Assembly: GCA_016928395.1 (NCBI GenBank) | Contig: JAFGKV010000296.1 | Coordinates: forward strand, 1 to 37,347 | Length of the DNA: 37,347 nucleotides | Source: Candidatus Fermentibacterota bacterium | Lineage (GTDB): Bacteria > JAFGKV01 | Direction of reading: 5' to 3' | Shown here: positions 1 to 9,650 of the stretch, one piece after another | Layout of the letters: each line of letters starts with the position of its first letter | How positions within the stretch are numbered: position 1 is the stretch's first letter | Notes under the pieces: generated by a model | What the model was told of the DNA's origin: nothing | Seen by the model: the letters and a program-made list of their open reading frames with translations, nothing else | Database searches by the model: none | Translations under genes and position numbers: made by a program

Positions 1-33
1 CCTGAACCCTGAACCCTGAACCCTGAACCCTGA
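1..33. repeat. Heptamer tandem repeat (CCTGAAC)x4.7, truncated by window edge
   Basis: Four perfect copies plus CCTGA, ending just before the GGAGGA RBS of the first gene. Confidence 0.95.
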
Positions 34-51
34 GACCGTAGGAGGATTCCC

Positions 52-921
52 ATGTGTGGCCCGTCTACCACCAACGATGTGGCCCATGATCTCCCGATCA
101 AGGGCGCCCGCCATTTGAGCTGGGGCATGAAGAACAGACTCTCCAAGCTCATACGGCCCGACGGCCGCTGCTTTTACCTCCCCATTGATCACGGCTACTT
201 CCTCGGCCCGACCCGGTGCCTCGAACGGCCGGCCGAGACCATCGAACCCTTGCTCCCGTGGGCAGATGCGCTCTTTGTGACCAGGGGAGTCTTGCGGGCC
301 ACCGTGCCGCCGGCCATCACGGTGCCCATCATCCTCCGGGTCTCCGGGGGCACCAGCATCACTGGGCATGACCTGGCCGACGAGACCCTGGTGGCATCCG
401 TCGATGAGATACTCCGGGTCAATGCATCGGCGGTGGGAGTCTCCATCTTCGTCGGCAGCGAGTATGAGAAGCAGACGCTGGAGAACCTGGCCGACATGGT
501 CGATCTTTGTGAACCCTATGACATTCCGGTCATGGCCGTCACCGCGGTGGGCAAGGAACTGGAGAAGAGAACGGCCAAGTATCTGGCGTTGTCGTGCCGG
601 ATCGCGGCCGAATTGGGCGCCAAGGTGGTGAAGACCTACTATGCCGCTGAGGATTTTGACCGGGTGACCGACGGCTGCCCCGTGCCCGTGGTCATGGCCG
701 GAGGCCCCAAGTGCACGACGCAGCGCGAAGTGCTGGATTTCGTGCATGACGGCCTGCACAAGGGCGCCATCGGCGTCAACCTGGGGCGCAATGTGTGGCA
801 AGACCCCTACCCCGTGGCCATGATGCGCAGCCTCCACGGGCTTGTCCATGAGGATCTCACCCCCGATCAGGCATCGGCTTTGTATAGTGAACTGTCGCAG
901 ACGGGTACGGCCGGGGCATAA
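52..921 (+). CDS. lsrF: LsrF-like class I aldolase/thiolase (DeoC/FbaB family)
   Basis: WGMKNRL...DHGYFLGPT, RIAAELGA-VVKTYY (Schiff-base Lys), PVVMAGGPK, GVNLGRNVWQ; GGAGGA RBS. Confidence 0.85.
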   Translation: MCGPSTTNDVAHDLPIKGARHLSWGMKNRLSKLIRPDGRCFYLPIDHGYFLGPTRCLERPAETIEPLLPWADALFVTRGVLRATVPPAITVPIILRVSGGTSITGHDLADETLVASVDEILRVNASAVGVSIFVGSEYEKQTLENLADMVDLCEPYDIPVMAVTAVGKELEKRTAKYLALSCRIAAELGAKVVKTYYAAEDFDRVTDGCPVPVVMAGGPKCTTQREVLDFVHDGLHKGAIGVNLGRNVWQDPYPVAMMRSLHGLVHEDLTPDQASALYSELSQTGTAGA

Positions 922-952
922 CCGCACCGGGTTACTGGGAAGGGGTTGACTC

Positions 953-1981
953 ATGCGGGTTGCCATGTGGTACAATAACAAGGACGTGCGGCTGGAGGAG
1001 ATGCCCCGCCCACCTATCGGCCCCGACGAGATTCTGGTGCAGGTCGTTGCCAGCGGCATCTGCGGGTCCGATGGCATGGAGTGGTATCGCCTCCACAAGG
1101 CGCCGCTGGTCTTGGGCCATGAGATCGCGGGTGTCGTGGCAGAAGCCGGCAGTCGCGTCAGTGCCTACCCCATCGGCACGAGGGTTTCCGTGGCCCACCA
1201 TGTGCCCTGCAACACGTGTCATTTCTGCCTGTCCGGCCATCATAGCTGCTGCCCGACGCTCCAATCCACCAACTTCTTCCCCGGCGGATTCGCGGAGTAT
1301 GTCCGAGTCCCGGCGATCAATGTTGACCGGGGTGTTCTCGCCCTGCCGGGCCATGTCTCCTTCGAAGAGGGAACCTTTGTTGAGCCTCTGGGGTGCGTGG
1401 TGCGCGGTCTTCGCCAGGCCCGGCTCCAACCGGGGCAGGCCGTTGCCGTCATCGGCTGCGGGATCACCGCCCAGCTCATGATCATGGCGGCCAGGGCAAT
1501 GGGCGCCGGGTGTATCGTGGCGAGTGACTCCATTCCCTTCCGCCGCGAGATGGCGCGTCTCCACGGCGCCGATGCCGCCATGGCTAGTGATGAGACTCTT
1601 GTCGAGAAGATCCGGGAGCTCAATGATGGGCGACGGGCTGATCTGGTCGTCATCTGTAGGCCGCTGGTGAGCCTTGCGCTGGACGCCGTGGAGCGTGGCG
1701 GCACCGTGCTGTTCTTCTCCGGAGCGGATGATCCCAAGGACACCATCGGCGTCCCCTGGAACGACATCTTCTGGCGCACTGAAGTCACTCTGACCAGCTC
1801 CTATGCAAGCCCGCCCCAGGATTCGGCCCTGGCCCTGGCCCTCATCGCGGCGGGCCGGGTAGCGGTGCGCTCGATGATTACCCACCGGCTGCCCCTGGGC
1901 GAGGTGGGAGTCGGCATCGATATGCTGACCCACCCGTGGCTGCATCACTCCATGAAGATCATCATCGAATGCCAGACGTAG
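953..1981 (+). CDS. Zn-dependent alcohol/polyol dehydrogenase (MDR family, iditol/threonine dehydrogenase-like)
   Basis: GICGSD and GHE catalytic Zn motifs, CNTCHFC..C structural Zn, VEPLGC, Rossmann VIGCG. Confidence 0.9.
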   Translation: MRVAMWYNNKDVRLEEMPRPPIGPDEILVQVVASGICGSDGMEWYRLHKAPLVLGHEIAGVVAEAGSRVSAYPIGTRVSVAHHVPCNTCHFCLSGHHSCCPTLQSTNFFPGGFAEYVRVPAINVDRGVLALPGHVSFEEGTFVEPLGCVVRGLRQARLQPGQAVAVIGCGITAQLMIMAARAMGAGCIVASDSIPFRREMARLHGADAAMASDETLVEKIRELNDGRRADLVVICRPLVSLALDAVERGGTVLFFSGADDPKDTIGVPWNDIFWRTEVTLTSSYASPPQDSALALALIAAGRVAVRSMITHRLPLGEVGVGIDMLTHPWLHHSMKIIIECQT

Positions 1982-1992
1982 GTGTTCCCGCG

Positions 1993-2574
1993 GTGCTCGA
2001 AGCTTCTGAGACCGAACACGCAGTTCACGGCCGGATCATCAGGGTCGGCAGGCAGCTCGTGCGCCAGGGGCTGGTGCACTCGTGTGTCGGCAATATCTCG
2101 GCCCGGGTTGGCGGGTGGATCATTATCTCGGCCGCCGGCGCCATGCTCGACCGCCTGAGCGTCGCGACTTTGGTGGAGGTCCCGCTGGAGGCCCCTGCCC
2201 CGCCCCTGGCTGCCTCCTCCGATGCCCGGCTTCACCTGGCCATCTACCGCCAGACCAGCGCGGGCGCCATCGTCCATACCCACTCGCCCTATGCGGTGGC
2301 GGAGTCGCTGACCGGTGAGTCTATACTGCGCTCCCCCGATATTGAAAGCACGGCAGTGTTGGGAGGCATCCCCGTCGTGGATCCGGGAGGAGAGATGGAT
2401 GAGTTGTGTGGGCGTTGCGTTGACGCTTTGCGCGGGCACGCGGCCATCATCATCCGCGCCCATGGGGTTGTCGCCATCGGAGATACGGTGGAACAAGCCT
2501 TCGCCAAGGCAAGCTTCGCCGAGCATGCCTGTCGGATCCGGCATCTGTGCCGCGAGGGGAGAGTCCGCGGCTGA
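1993..2574 (+). CDS. Class II aldolase/adducin family protein (FucA-like)
   Basis: GNISAR, SSD-x3-H, HTHS, AHGVVAIG motifs; start uncertain (GTG 1993 or ATG 1969; ORF open from 1936). Confidence 0.85.
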   Translation: MLEASETEHAVHGRIIRVGRQLVRQGLVHSCVGNISARVGGWIIISAAGAMLDRLSVATLVEVPLEAPAPPLAASSDARLHLAIYRQTSAGAIVHTHSPYAVAESLTGESILRSPDIESTAVLGGIPVVDPGGEMDELCGRCVDALRGHAAIIIRAHGVVAIGDTVEQAFAKASFAEHACRIRHLCREGRVRG

Positions 2575-2701
2575 CGGTGTGCAGGTCTGCTGCGTTCGAC
2601 TGCAGATTCGCCGGACAGGAAGGCTGTCCGATACGCGATCCAAGGCCTGGTATTCGGCAATCGGTCTTCCCCCACGCTCTTTCCTCGCTCGTCGCCAGCA
2701 T

Positions 2702-2737
2702 ATATAGGACGTGTCCTCTATAGGACACGTCCTATAT
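2702..2737. repeat. Perfect 16-bp inverted repeat (REP-like or bidirectional terminator) between convergent genes
   Basis: ATATAGGACGTGTCCT-ctat-AGGACACGTCCTATAT. Confidence 0.85.
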
Positions 2738-2830
2738 TCAATGGCACGGTGGGGATGGAACCGCCAAGTAGTCATCCAGGCAGCAGGGTTTGACTCTGCC
2801 TCTGGAGGTGCACGATACGGGAGAGCCCGC

Positions 2831-4831
2831 TCAGGGAAGCCCCCGGCGGCTCCGAAGCCACCACTCGGCACCCAACAAACCCAGCATGAGCAGATAAACC
2901 ACCGGCGTTCGGCGGGGAGAGACGGGCGAGAATTGGAGACTCGACCCTGCCGAAAGAAGCGAATCAAGCCGGGAGCTTTCCCCAGGGGCCAGCATGATGC
3001 CGCCAGTCGTGGAGGCGAGCCGCTCGAGGCATGAGAGATCCGGCTGGAGTGCCGTCTGCTCCATCCGGGCCTCCTCCACGGTGATCTGCACGCCCGTGCA
3101 CAGGGTCTCGTCACCCGGAATCTCCGCCTCCGCCTTCACCTCCCACTGGCCTGCGGGCAGCCCCGGCAAATCGACCATGGTCATGCCGTTGCCATCTGAG
3201 AGACCCACGCGGCGCACCGGCGCCGCCGGCTCTCCCGCCCCCCCCACCGAGACCTCCACCCGGCCCTGTGTGGCCCGCTCCCACCCGGGCGTGAACGCTT
3301 CAATGCCCAAAGTGATCCGCTGCCCCGCGAGGTAGGAGTCACTACCGGGGTGAAGGCGAAGCCTTTGCCCCGCCTCGGGCGTCAGCAGCCATCGAACCAT
3401 GCCGGGCCACGGCCCCGGTGCTATTTCCGATGCAGCGTCTGCCAGGAGCCATCGCCACCAGTCAGCCCCCACCCAAGTCAGCACGTACCCGCCTTCCCAA
3501 GGCTGCACCGCCGCGGCGGGCACACCATCGGTCGTCTCCAGGATGACCTCAGCACGAGGAGAGGCCGTCACTGACCCGCCCGGGAAGGTTAGCGGAACGC
3601 GATGGACTCCCGCATCCAGCAATGCCGTCAGAGGATGGCCGGGAACTCGAGAAGGCACGATCCTTCGTTCGACGCCGGGAGCATGCTCTGCCAGCAGGGG
3701 GCTGAGGCCGCGCCAGAGGCCCGGGTGAGGCCATCCCAGCAGAATCACCGCGCCGCCTCCCCGTAGGGTCCGCTCCGCCTCCTGCCGGATGCTGCTAGTA
3801 CCCCGGGTGCCCCACTCCCCTACCACCAGCACATCGACTCCGCCAGGCGAGGGAGTACACGACGCGATGCCCGGTATGGCCATGCATACCTCGAATCCTC
3901 CGTCTCTTCGCAGGCTTCGCGCCAGGAAGGCGGTATCCACGGTAGGTCTATCAGCAGTAATGCGGACCGCCCACCGGGCTTTCCGTACCGTGATGGCCAC
4001 GGCCCTGCTATTGTTGTGCACGCTGCGCTCACCGGGAAAGGGCCTCACCTGGAGGCTTCCCTCCGCCCGGCCCGGGGGAAGCCCCGGGCAGAGGAGATCG
4101 ACCCATACCGTGGTGTCCGGTGGGAAGATCCCGTCGGCCTTCGCCGCTGCCACTCCACCCAGCTCGACAACGACCTCGGCGGGAACGGGGGCACTGCCCC
4201 CCTGCACGCGGATGCCGGCACGTGCGACGAACTCCTGGTCGGGAATCGCCACCGACGGCATCACGACGTCGACGATGGCCAGATCGGCGGCTTCGCCGTC
4301 GGCCCCGACACCGATACAGGAGACTTCCAGGCCCATGTCACGGGCCGCCGCCGCCGGATCGCCGCCGACCGTGCGCCGCCCATCAGAGACCAGAATAACC
4401 CGCCGCAGCCCGGGCATTTCCTGCCACACCGCACGCACCATTTCTGCCAGGTCAGTGTCTGGCGTGGTGAGGAGTTCATGCTTCACGTGTCCCCCCCGCA
4501 CCGGTACCAGAGACTCCCCCGCCACCAGAACGTCACCCTGCCGCAGCCGTTTCTGAAGGCCCTTCAGGCCACGATCCGCACGGGAGACGCCCGCGGTGTC
4601 CGGCGTGGTCATGCTGGCGCTGCCATCCACCACCACTGCCCAGTCCCTGGGGGAACGGCCAGGCACGGGCAGAGGAATATCGAGCACCAGAAGCCCCATG
4701 AGGATCAGGGAACCGATGCGCAGCAAAGGCAGAAGACCTGCCCCGGAACGCCACCGTGCCGGATTTCCGTATGACAGCCACAGGAGAACGCCACCAATGG
4801 CAGCGGCGAGGATCAGGACGGCACTCAGCAC
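2831..4831 (-). CDS. Membrane-anchored vWA-domain protein with Ig-like and glutamine-amidotransferase-like regions
   Basis: Two N-terminal TM helices, MIDAS DGSASM...T...SDG, C-terminal LERLASTTGG and EWWLRSRRGLP tail typical of this family. Confidence 0.75.
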   Translation of the reverse strand: MLSAVLILAAAIGGVLLWLSYGNPARWRSGAGLLPLLRIGSLILMGLLVLDIPLPVPGRSPRDWAVVVDGSASMTTPDTAGVSRADRGLKGLQKRLRQGDVLVAGESLVPVRGGHVKHELLTTPDTDLAEMVRAVWQEMPGLRRVILVSDGRRTVGGDPAAAARDMGLEVSCIGVGADGEAADLAIVDVVMPSVAIPDQEFVARAGIRVQGGSAPVPAEVVVELGGVAAAKADGIFPPDTTVWVDLLCPGLPPGRAEGSLQVRPFPGERSVHNNSRAVAITVRKARWAVRITADRPTVDTAFLARSLRRDGGFEVCMAIPGIASCTPSPGGVDVLVVGEWGTRGTSSIRQEAERTLRGGGAVILLGWPHPGLWRGLSPLLAEHAPGVERRIVPSRVPGHPLTALLDAGVHRVPLTFPGGSVTASPRAEVILETTDGVPAAAVQPWEGGYVLTWVGADWWRWLLADAASEIAPGPWPGMVRWLLTPEAGQRLRLHPGSDSYLAGQRITLGIEAFTPGWERATQGRVEVSVGGAGEPAAPVRRVGLSDGNGMTMVDLPGLPAGQWEVKAEAEIPGDETLCTGVQITVEEARMEQTALQPDLSCLERLASTTGGIMLAPGESSRLDSLLSAGSSLQFSPVSPRRTPVVYLLMLGLLGAEWWLRSRRGLP

Positions 4832-4838
4832 GGGCGAG

Positions 4839-6074
4839 CTAGTCGCAAAGACCCGTCTTGGCCGGTGCCCGTTCCGGGGAAGTCAGCCCCCACACCTCGG
4901 TCAAGAGCGAGGCCTCGGCGGCCGTGAGCTTGACACCGCGCCGCGCCATGACCCGGGAGGCAATGGCAAGCGCGGAGTCAAGCTGGAATGCTCCCTTGTG
5001 GGGCCCCCAAGAAAATGACGGGACACACTTGTCCGGAAACCCGTGAAGGAACACATTGGCGCAGACTCCCACCACGGTGCCCGTATTGAACACGGTATTG
5101 ATGGCAGTCTTGGCGTGATCACCCAGGGCGCACCCGAGAAAGGTAAGGCCGGAGTTCTCCAGACGACCGTCCACCCAGACTTTCACGGGGCCGTATGTAT
5201 TCTTCAGATTCGAGTTGGTGGTGCCCGCTCCGAGGTTGACCCAGTTCCCGACATAGGCATGCCCCAAGAACCCATGGTGCTGCTTATTGCCGTAGCCCAA
5301 AAAGATGCTTCGTGCGATCTCCCCGCCAAGGCGGCACCACGGCCCCGCGGAGATCTCAGGTCCCAGATGGGAGAGAGGCTTCACCAGCGTTTCCCTTCCC
5401 AGGTAGGCAGGGCCGACGACCAGCGACCCGGCGCCTACGTGGGCGTGGTGGTCCAGCACGACCGGCCCGGGCCGGGAATCGATGACGGCGCTCGGCTCAA
5501 TCTCCGCGCCATGCCCGAGATACACCGTGGCCGGGTCAAGAAGATGCGCCCCGGGCATGACGGTGCCTTCCTGCACACCCAGAGGAAACCGCCCGAGGTC
5601 CTGGGCCAGCATCTCACTATTCAGAGAGATGAGATCCCACCATCGTCGGAAAACCCTGGCCTGGCACGAGAGCCGTGGGAGGCCAAGGGACCGAACCCAT
5701 TCCACGAGATGCTCGGGGGCGGGCACGTGCCGGGCATCCTCGATCCGGAAGGCGACCAAGGTCTCACTGTTCCAGAGAGCGAAGGGGCCGGGGGTATCCA
5801 CCGCGACCTGTGCCACCGAGGACACATCCACGGTACGCCCGCTGATCCACAGAGTCTCACCCTGCCCCTTCGGGGCCTCAAGCCCTGATCGTTCGGCCAC
5901 CACCTGCGCCAACCACGGCCGGCAGAGCGCGCGGATTTCGGCGCCGGGGAAAGTCGCCCGCACCCTGGCCAACACCGTGTGGGCGCCAGTGGCCAGATCC
6001 CAGCAGGGGTGTAACCACGTAAGCGGCAGCAGTCCCCTCCATTCCTGGTCTTCGAACAGACAGATCGTAGTCAT
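4839..6074 (-). CDS. GlmU-related putative sugar nucleotidyltransferase with hexapeptide repeats
   Basis: LFED...LLPLT N-terminus, [48 protein letters not shown] overlap with upstream gene. Confidence 0.85.
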   Translation of the reverse strand: MTTICLFEDQEWRGLLPLTWLHPCWDLATGAHTVLARVRATFPGAEIRALCRPWLAQVVAERSGLEAPKGQGETLWISGRTVDVSSVAQVAVDTPGPFALWNSETLVAFRIEDARHVPAPEHLVEWVRSLGLPRLSCQARVFRRWWDLISLNSEMLAQDLGRFPLGVQEGTVMPGAHLLDPATVYLGHGAEIEPSAVIDSRPGPVVLDHHAHVGAGSLVVGPAYLGRETLVKPLSHLGPEISAGPWCRLGGEIARSIFLGYGNKQHHGFLGHAYVGNWVNLGAGTTNSNLKNTYGPVKVWVDGRLENSGLTFLGCALGDHAKTAINTVFNTGTVVGVCANVFLHGFPDKCVPSFSWGPHKGAFQLDSALAIASRVMARRGVKLTAAEASLLTEVWGLTSPERAPAKTGLCD

Positions 6075-7549
6075 CGAATCTCCTGCAACCCGAACTGGCG
6101 GATCTTGCGGTAGAGCGTACGCTCACCGATTCCGAGAATCTCAGCGGCCCGGCGGCGATTGCCACCCGACTCCCTCAGTGCACACTCGATGGTCTCTCGC
6201 TCAGCCTCCTCCATGCTGTGAGCCGGCCTCGATCCGGATCCCTCGTGGGACGTCTGAACCACCTCGTGCGCCTCCTCGATATCAGACACGGGCACCGGCT
6301 GAGTTGACTGGCCGAGAAGTCCCCTGCGCGCGAGATCCCGGCGCAAATCGGCAAGATCAAGCCGCAATGCCAGGAGCGCGTCCAAGATGAGATCCACGGG
6401 CACCTCACCCCGCCTGCCCACCACCGGCAGCCTGAGGTTCCTGGCGCCTCTGGCGGCCAAGAATTCCTCCACATCTTCGGCCCGGACCTCATCCGATCCC
6501 CCCATGACCAGCAGGCGCTCGACAAGATTCCGAAGCTCCCGCACATTGCCTGGCCAGGAGTACGACTCCAGCCGTTCCACGGCGGCCCTGCTCACCACCG
6601 GCGGATCCCTGCCGATATCGGCGCAGGCCTGCCGAAGGAAATGCCAGAAAAGAGGTTCGATGTCTTCGATTCTCTCCCGCAGGGGAGGCAGATCTATCCG
6701 CACCACGCAGATGCGGAAGAACAGGTCCTGCCGGAAGCGGCCTGCGGCAACTTCGTGGGCCAGATTCCTATTGGTCGCCGCCACCACACGGGCATCGGAG
6801 CGGACAATGGAGGAACCTCCAACCCGCATGAACTCTCGCTCCTCGAGCACCCGAAGGAGTTTGACCTGAGTCGATGCAGCCAGCTCGCCTATCTCGTCAA
6901 GAAAGACCGTTCCCCCATGGGCCAGTTCAAACATGCCCTGCCGCCGCGCCGCCGCTCCGGTGAACGCTCCCCGTTCATGGCCGAACAGCTCGCTCTCCAG
7001 CACCCCTTCGGCCAGGGCTGCGCAGTTCACCACGACAAAGGGGCCCTCGGATCTCCTGCTGTTCAAATGGACGGCCCGTGCCACCAGTTCCTTACCGGTC
7101 CCGCTTTCACCTTCTATGAGTACGGTCACGGGCGTCGGCGCCGCCTGCAGGATGATCTCGGCAATACGGGAGAGAGAGGTGGAACGGCCAATGAGGCCGG
7201 TCTGCTCCAGGATACGTCGACGGTGCACCCGTGCGAACACCTCAGCCAATAGATGCTCATCGTCGTCGCCCAGCGACAGCGAATCCGGCGCGTCCGGGGC
7301 GACGTCGCCCATCTGCACTACCTCCGGCGGTCGGTCTTGGAGGGCAATGCGTCGCTTCAACACGGCGGCCACATTGGGCGCTAGTCTCGTGTCGATGATG
7401 ACCAGGTCAATGGGGTCTTTCATTCTGAGCCACAGCTCGGTGGCATTCGCTGCCCTCTGGACGGAAAACGACCGAAGCGCGCGGGTGAGCTTCGCGGCGG
7501 CAGCATCATCGGCGGAGCCTATGAGTATGAGCGGAACCCTATCAGTCAT
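6071..7549 (-). CDS. Sigma54-dependent enhancer-binding protein (atypical receiver, AAA+, Fis HTH)
   Basis: [58 protein letters not shown]; start placed at 7549 after GAGGA (ORF extends to 7744). Confidence 0.93.
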   Translation of the reverse strand: MTDRVPLILIGSADDAAAAKLTRALRSFSVQRAANATELWLRMKDPIDLVIIDTRLAPNVAAVLKRRIALQDRPPEVVQMGDVAPDAPDSLSLGDDDEHLLAEVFARVHRRRILEQTGLIGRSTSLSRIAEIILQAAPTPVTVLIEGESGTGKELVARAVHLNSRRSEGPFVVVNCAALAEGVLESELFGHERGAFTGAAARRQGMFELAHGGTVFLDEIGELAASTQVKLLRVLEEREFMRVGGSSIVRSDARVVAATNRNLAHEVAAGRFRQDLFFRICVVRIDLPPLRERIEDIEPLFWHFLRQACADIGRDPPVVSRAAVERLESYSWPGNVRELRNLVERLLVMGGSDEVRAEDVEEFLAARGARNLRLPVVGRRGEVPVDLILDALLALRLDLADLRRDLARRGLLGQSTQPVPVSDIEEAHEVVQTSHEGSGSRPAHSMEEAERETIECALRESGGNRRRAAEILGIGERTLYRKIRQFGLQEIR

Positions 7550-7661
7550 CTTTTCCTCGGCGTCGACACGGGGGCTTCCATACCGCATTCCAGGCAAGTA
7601 ACCTCTCTCGGGTCGACCGGGGCAAGGGATGCGGTGAAGGTGAACCCGTACCATTTTGGCC

Positions 7662-7690
7662 TTGCGAGCCTCGGTGACATAGAATATACT
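7662..7690 (+). promoter_or_regulatory. Sigma70-type promoter for selB
   Basis: TTGCGA-N17-TATACT, 28 nt upstream of the selB ATG. Confidence 0.6.
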
Positions 7691-7718
7691 GTTACAAATC
7701 CACTTCAAGGAAGGGGTC

Positions 7719-9632
7719 ATGATTATCGGCACTGCGGGGCACATCGATCACGGTAAGTCGGCCCTTGTCAAGGCCCTCACCGGCATAGACCCCGATCGAC
7801 TAAAGGAAGAACAGCTTCGCGGCATCACCATCGACCTGGGATTCGCTCATCTGTCGCTGGATGGGGGAGTGGCCGGGATAGTCGACGTCCCGGGCCACGA
7901 ACGCCTCATCCATAACATGCTGGCGGGCGCTGGCGGGATGGATCTGGCGCTGGTGGTCGTCGCGGCCGATGAGGGAGTCAAACCACAGACTCTCGAGCAT
8001 ATCGAGATCCTTGACCTGCTGGGGATTCGGGATGCCATCGGCGTCATCACCAAGATAGATTTGGTAGGAGATGATGAACGGGCCGTTGCGAGGCTGGAGC
8101 TGGAGGAATTGCTGGAGACCACAGCCATGGCGCACGCGCCCATTGTCGAGGTCTCGGCACTCACGGAGGAGGGATTGCCAGAATTGCGGGCCCTTCTGAA
8201 CGAACGCGCCGGGAAGTTGGACCGCAAGCCGTTGGATAGGCCGTTTCGCCTTCCGCTGGACAGGGTGTTCACCATTCAGGGATTCGGGACGGTCGTCACA
8301 GGCACCGCCGTGTCGGGACGAGTCAGTCTAGGCCAGAACCTTGACATCGTCCCCACAGGCGAGGAAGTGCGAGTACGCAGCATTGAGGTGCATGGAACCC
8401 GCAGGGATGAGGCGTGCGCGGGGGAACGGGTCGCCATGAACATCGCGGGGCGTAGACTCCAGTGCCGGCGCGGTTTTGTCCTCGCCGAGCGGGGGATCTT
8501 TGCAGGAACCGACTGCATGGACTGCCGCCTGCGAGTACTCAGGCCTGCTCCGAAGGGAAGGCGAAGCCTGGTGGTGCGGCTGCACCTCCATGCCTCGGAG
8601 GTCATGGCCAGAGTGGTCCCCCTGGAGGACGGCGTGCTGGTTCAGGAGGGCGAGGGGTATGTACAGATCCGCACCCGGGAACCAATCCCCGCCGTGCGGG
8701 GCGACCGGTTTGTCCTGCGCTCAGAGGATGACAGTTTTACGATGGGCGGCGGCGACGTGATTGATGCCTTTGCTCCGCGGCACGGACCCAAGCGCGGGCT
8801 TACCGCGCGAACGCTCCGGGGTATAGACCGCGTGGAGGACTCGCAGGCCTTTGATGCCTTTCTGGACCAACGTTCCGGAGGAGCCACTCCCCACGAGATC
8901 GCCCGGGTCCTGAACCTTCCCATGGCCGGTGTCAGCCACCTGGCCACAGAGCGTTGCCACGCGGGTACTGCGGTGCTGGCCACCGACGGCGCACGCTATG
9001 TGTCCCGCGGCATTCTTGATCACATGGCCTCCAGCGTTACCGGCATCGTGTCGCACTTCCACGGGGAGAACCCCATGCGACCGGCAATGGCGTTGGCGGA
9101 TCTTCGAAGCCGTTTCGAATCAAGGGTCTTCCCAGTCTTGGATACCGCGCTACAGGAACTGTCGGCCCGGCAGGTCATCGTGGTGGAAGCCGGTACCGTA
9201 CGATCAAGAGATCACATCGCGTCGTTCGACTCAGAGAGGGAAGGCACACGCCTGAGAGTGCTGGCCGCCTACCAGCAAGCGGGACTGCAGCCACCCGACC
9301 GGAAGACACTCATCGCGGAGCTTGCCCGGTGTGGTCTCCCCGATCCGTCTGGCGTGATCGAGTCTCTGATTCAAACCGGTGACATACTAGCCCTGACCCA
9401 TGAGTTACTCATGCATCGCAGCGTGCTGGATGATGCCAAAGGCCGGCTGCTCCCTCAGCTTCAGTCACCGGAAGGTGTCACGGTAGCCCAGGCCCGCGAG
9501 ATCCTGGGTACTACACGAAAGTACGCGGTTCCGCTCTTCGAGCTGCTTGATCGGCAAGGTTTTACCGTGCGGCGTGGGGATGTACGGATCCTTTCTCCCG
9601 CCCGGGGTGTTGTACGTCAAGACCAATCGTAG
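7719..9632 (+). CDS. selB: Selenocysteine-specific elongation factor SelB
   Basis: [31 protein letters not shown]-terminal winged-helix [19 protein letters not shown]. Confidence 0.96.
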   Translation: MIIGTAGHIDHGKSALVKALTGIDPDRLKEEQLRGITIDLGFAHLSLDGGVAGIVDVPGHERLIHNMLAGAGGMDLALVVVAADEGVKPQTLEHIEILDLLGIRDAIGVITKIDLVGDDERAVARLELEELLETTAMAHAPIVEVSALTEEGLPELRALLNERAGKLDRKPLDRPFRLPLDRVFTIQGFGTVVTGTAVSGRVSLGQNLDIVPTGEEVRVRSIEVHGTRRDEACAGERVAMNIAGRRLQCRRGFVLAERGIFAGTDCMDCRLRVLRPAPKGRRSLVVRLHLHASEVMARVVPLEDGVLVQEGEGYVQIRTREPIPAVRGDRFVLRSEDDSFTMGGGDVIDAFAPRHGPKRGLTARTLRGIDRVEDSQAFDAFLDQRSGGATPHEIARVLNLPMAGVSHLATERCHAGTAVLATDGARYVSRGILDHMASSVTGIVSHFHGENPMRPAMALADLRSRFESRVFPVLDTALQELSARQVIVVEAGTVRSRDHIASFDSEREGTRLRVLAAYQQAGLQPPDRKTLIAELARCGLPDPSGVIESLIQTGDILALTHELLMHRSVLDDAKGRLLPQLQSPEGVTVAQAREILGTTRKYAVPLFELLDRQGFTVRRGDVRILSPARGVVRQDQS

Positions 9633-9650
9633 ACCCAGGGGAGGCGTGCC

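Noticed and set aside
1..33. CCCTGAA repeat identical to a Plasmodium-type telomere unit at the window start
   Set aside because: It abuts a bacterial RBS and gene and recurs internally (10754, 11450, 14525), so it is a bacterial intergenic microrepeat
932..1948. Long antisense ORFs (also 1945-3114, 12846-14012, 20223-21752, 21634-22599)
   Set aside because: Shadow frames of well-supported genes in GC-rich DNA, with no recognisable motifs
2742..2757. TGGCACG sigma54 -24-like motif (also near 10892)
   Set aside because: No GC at the -12 position and no downstream gene in the right orientation
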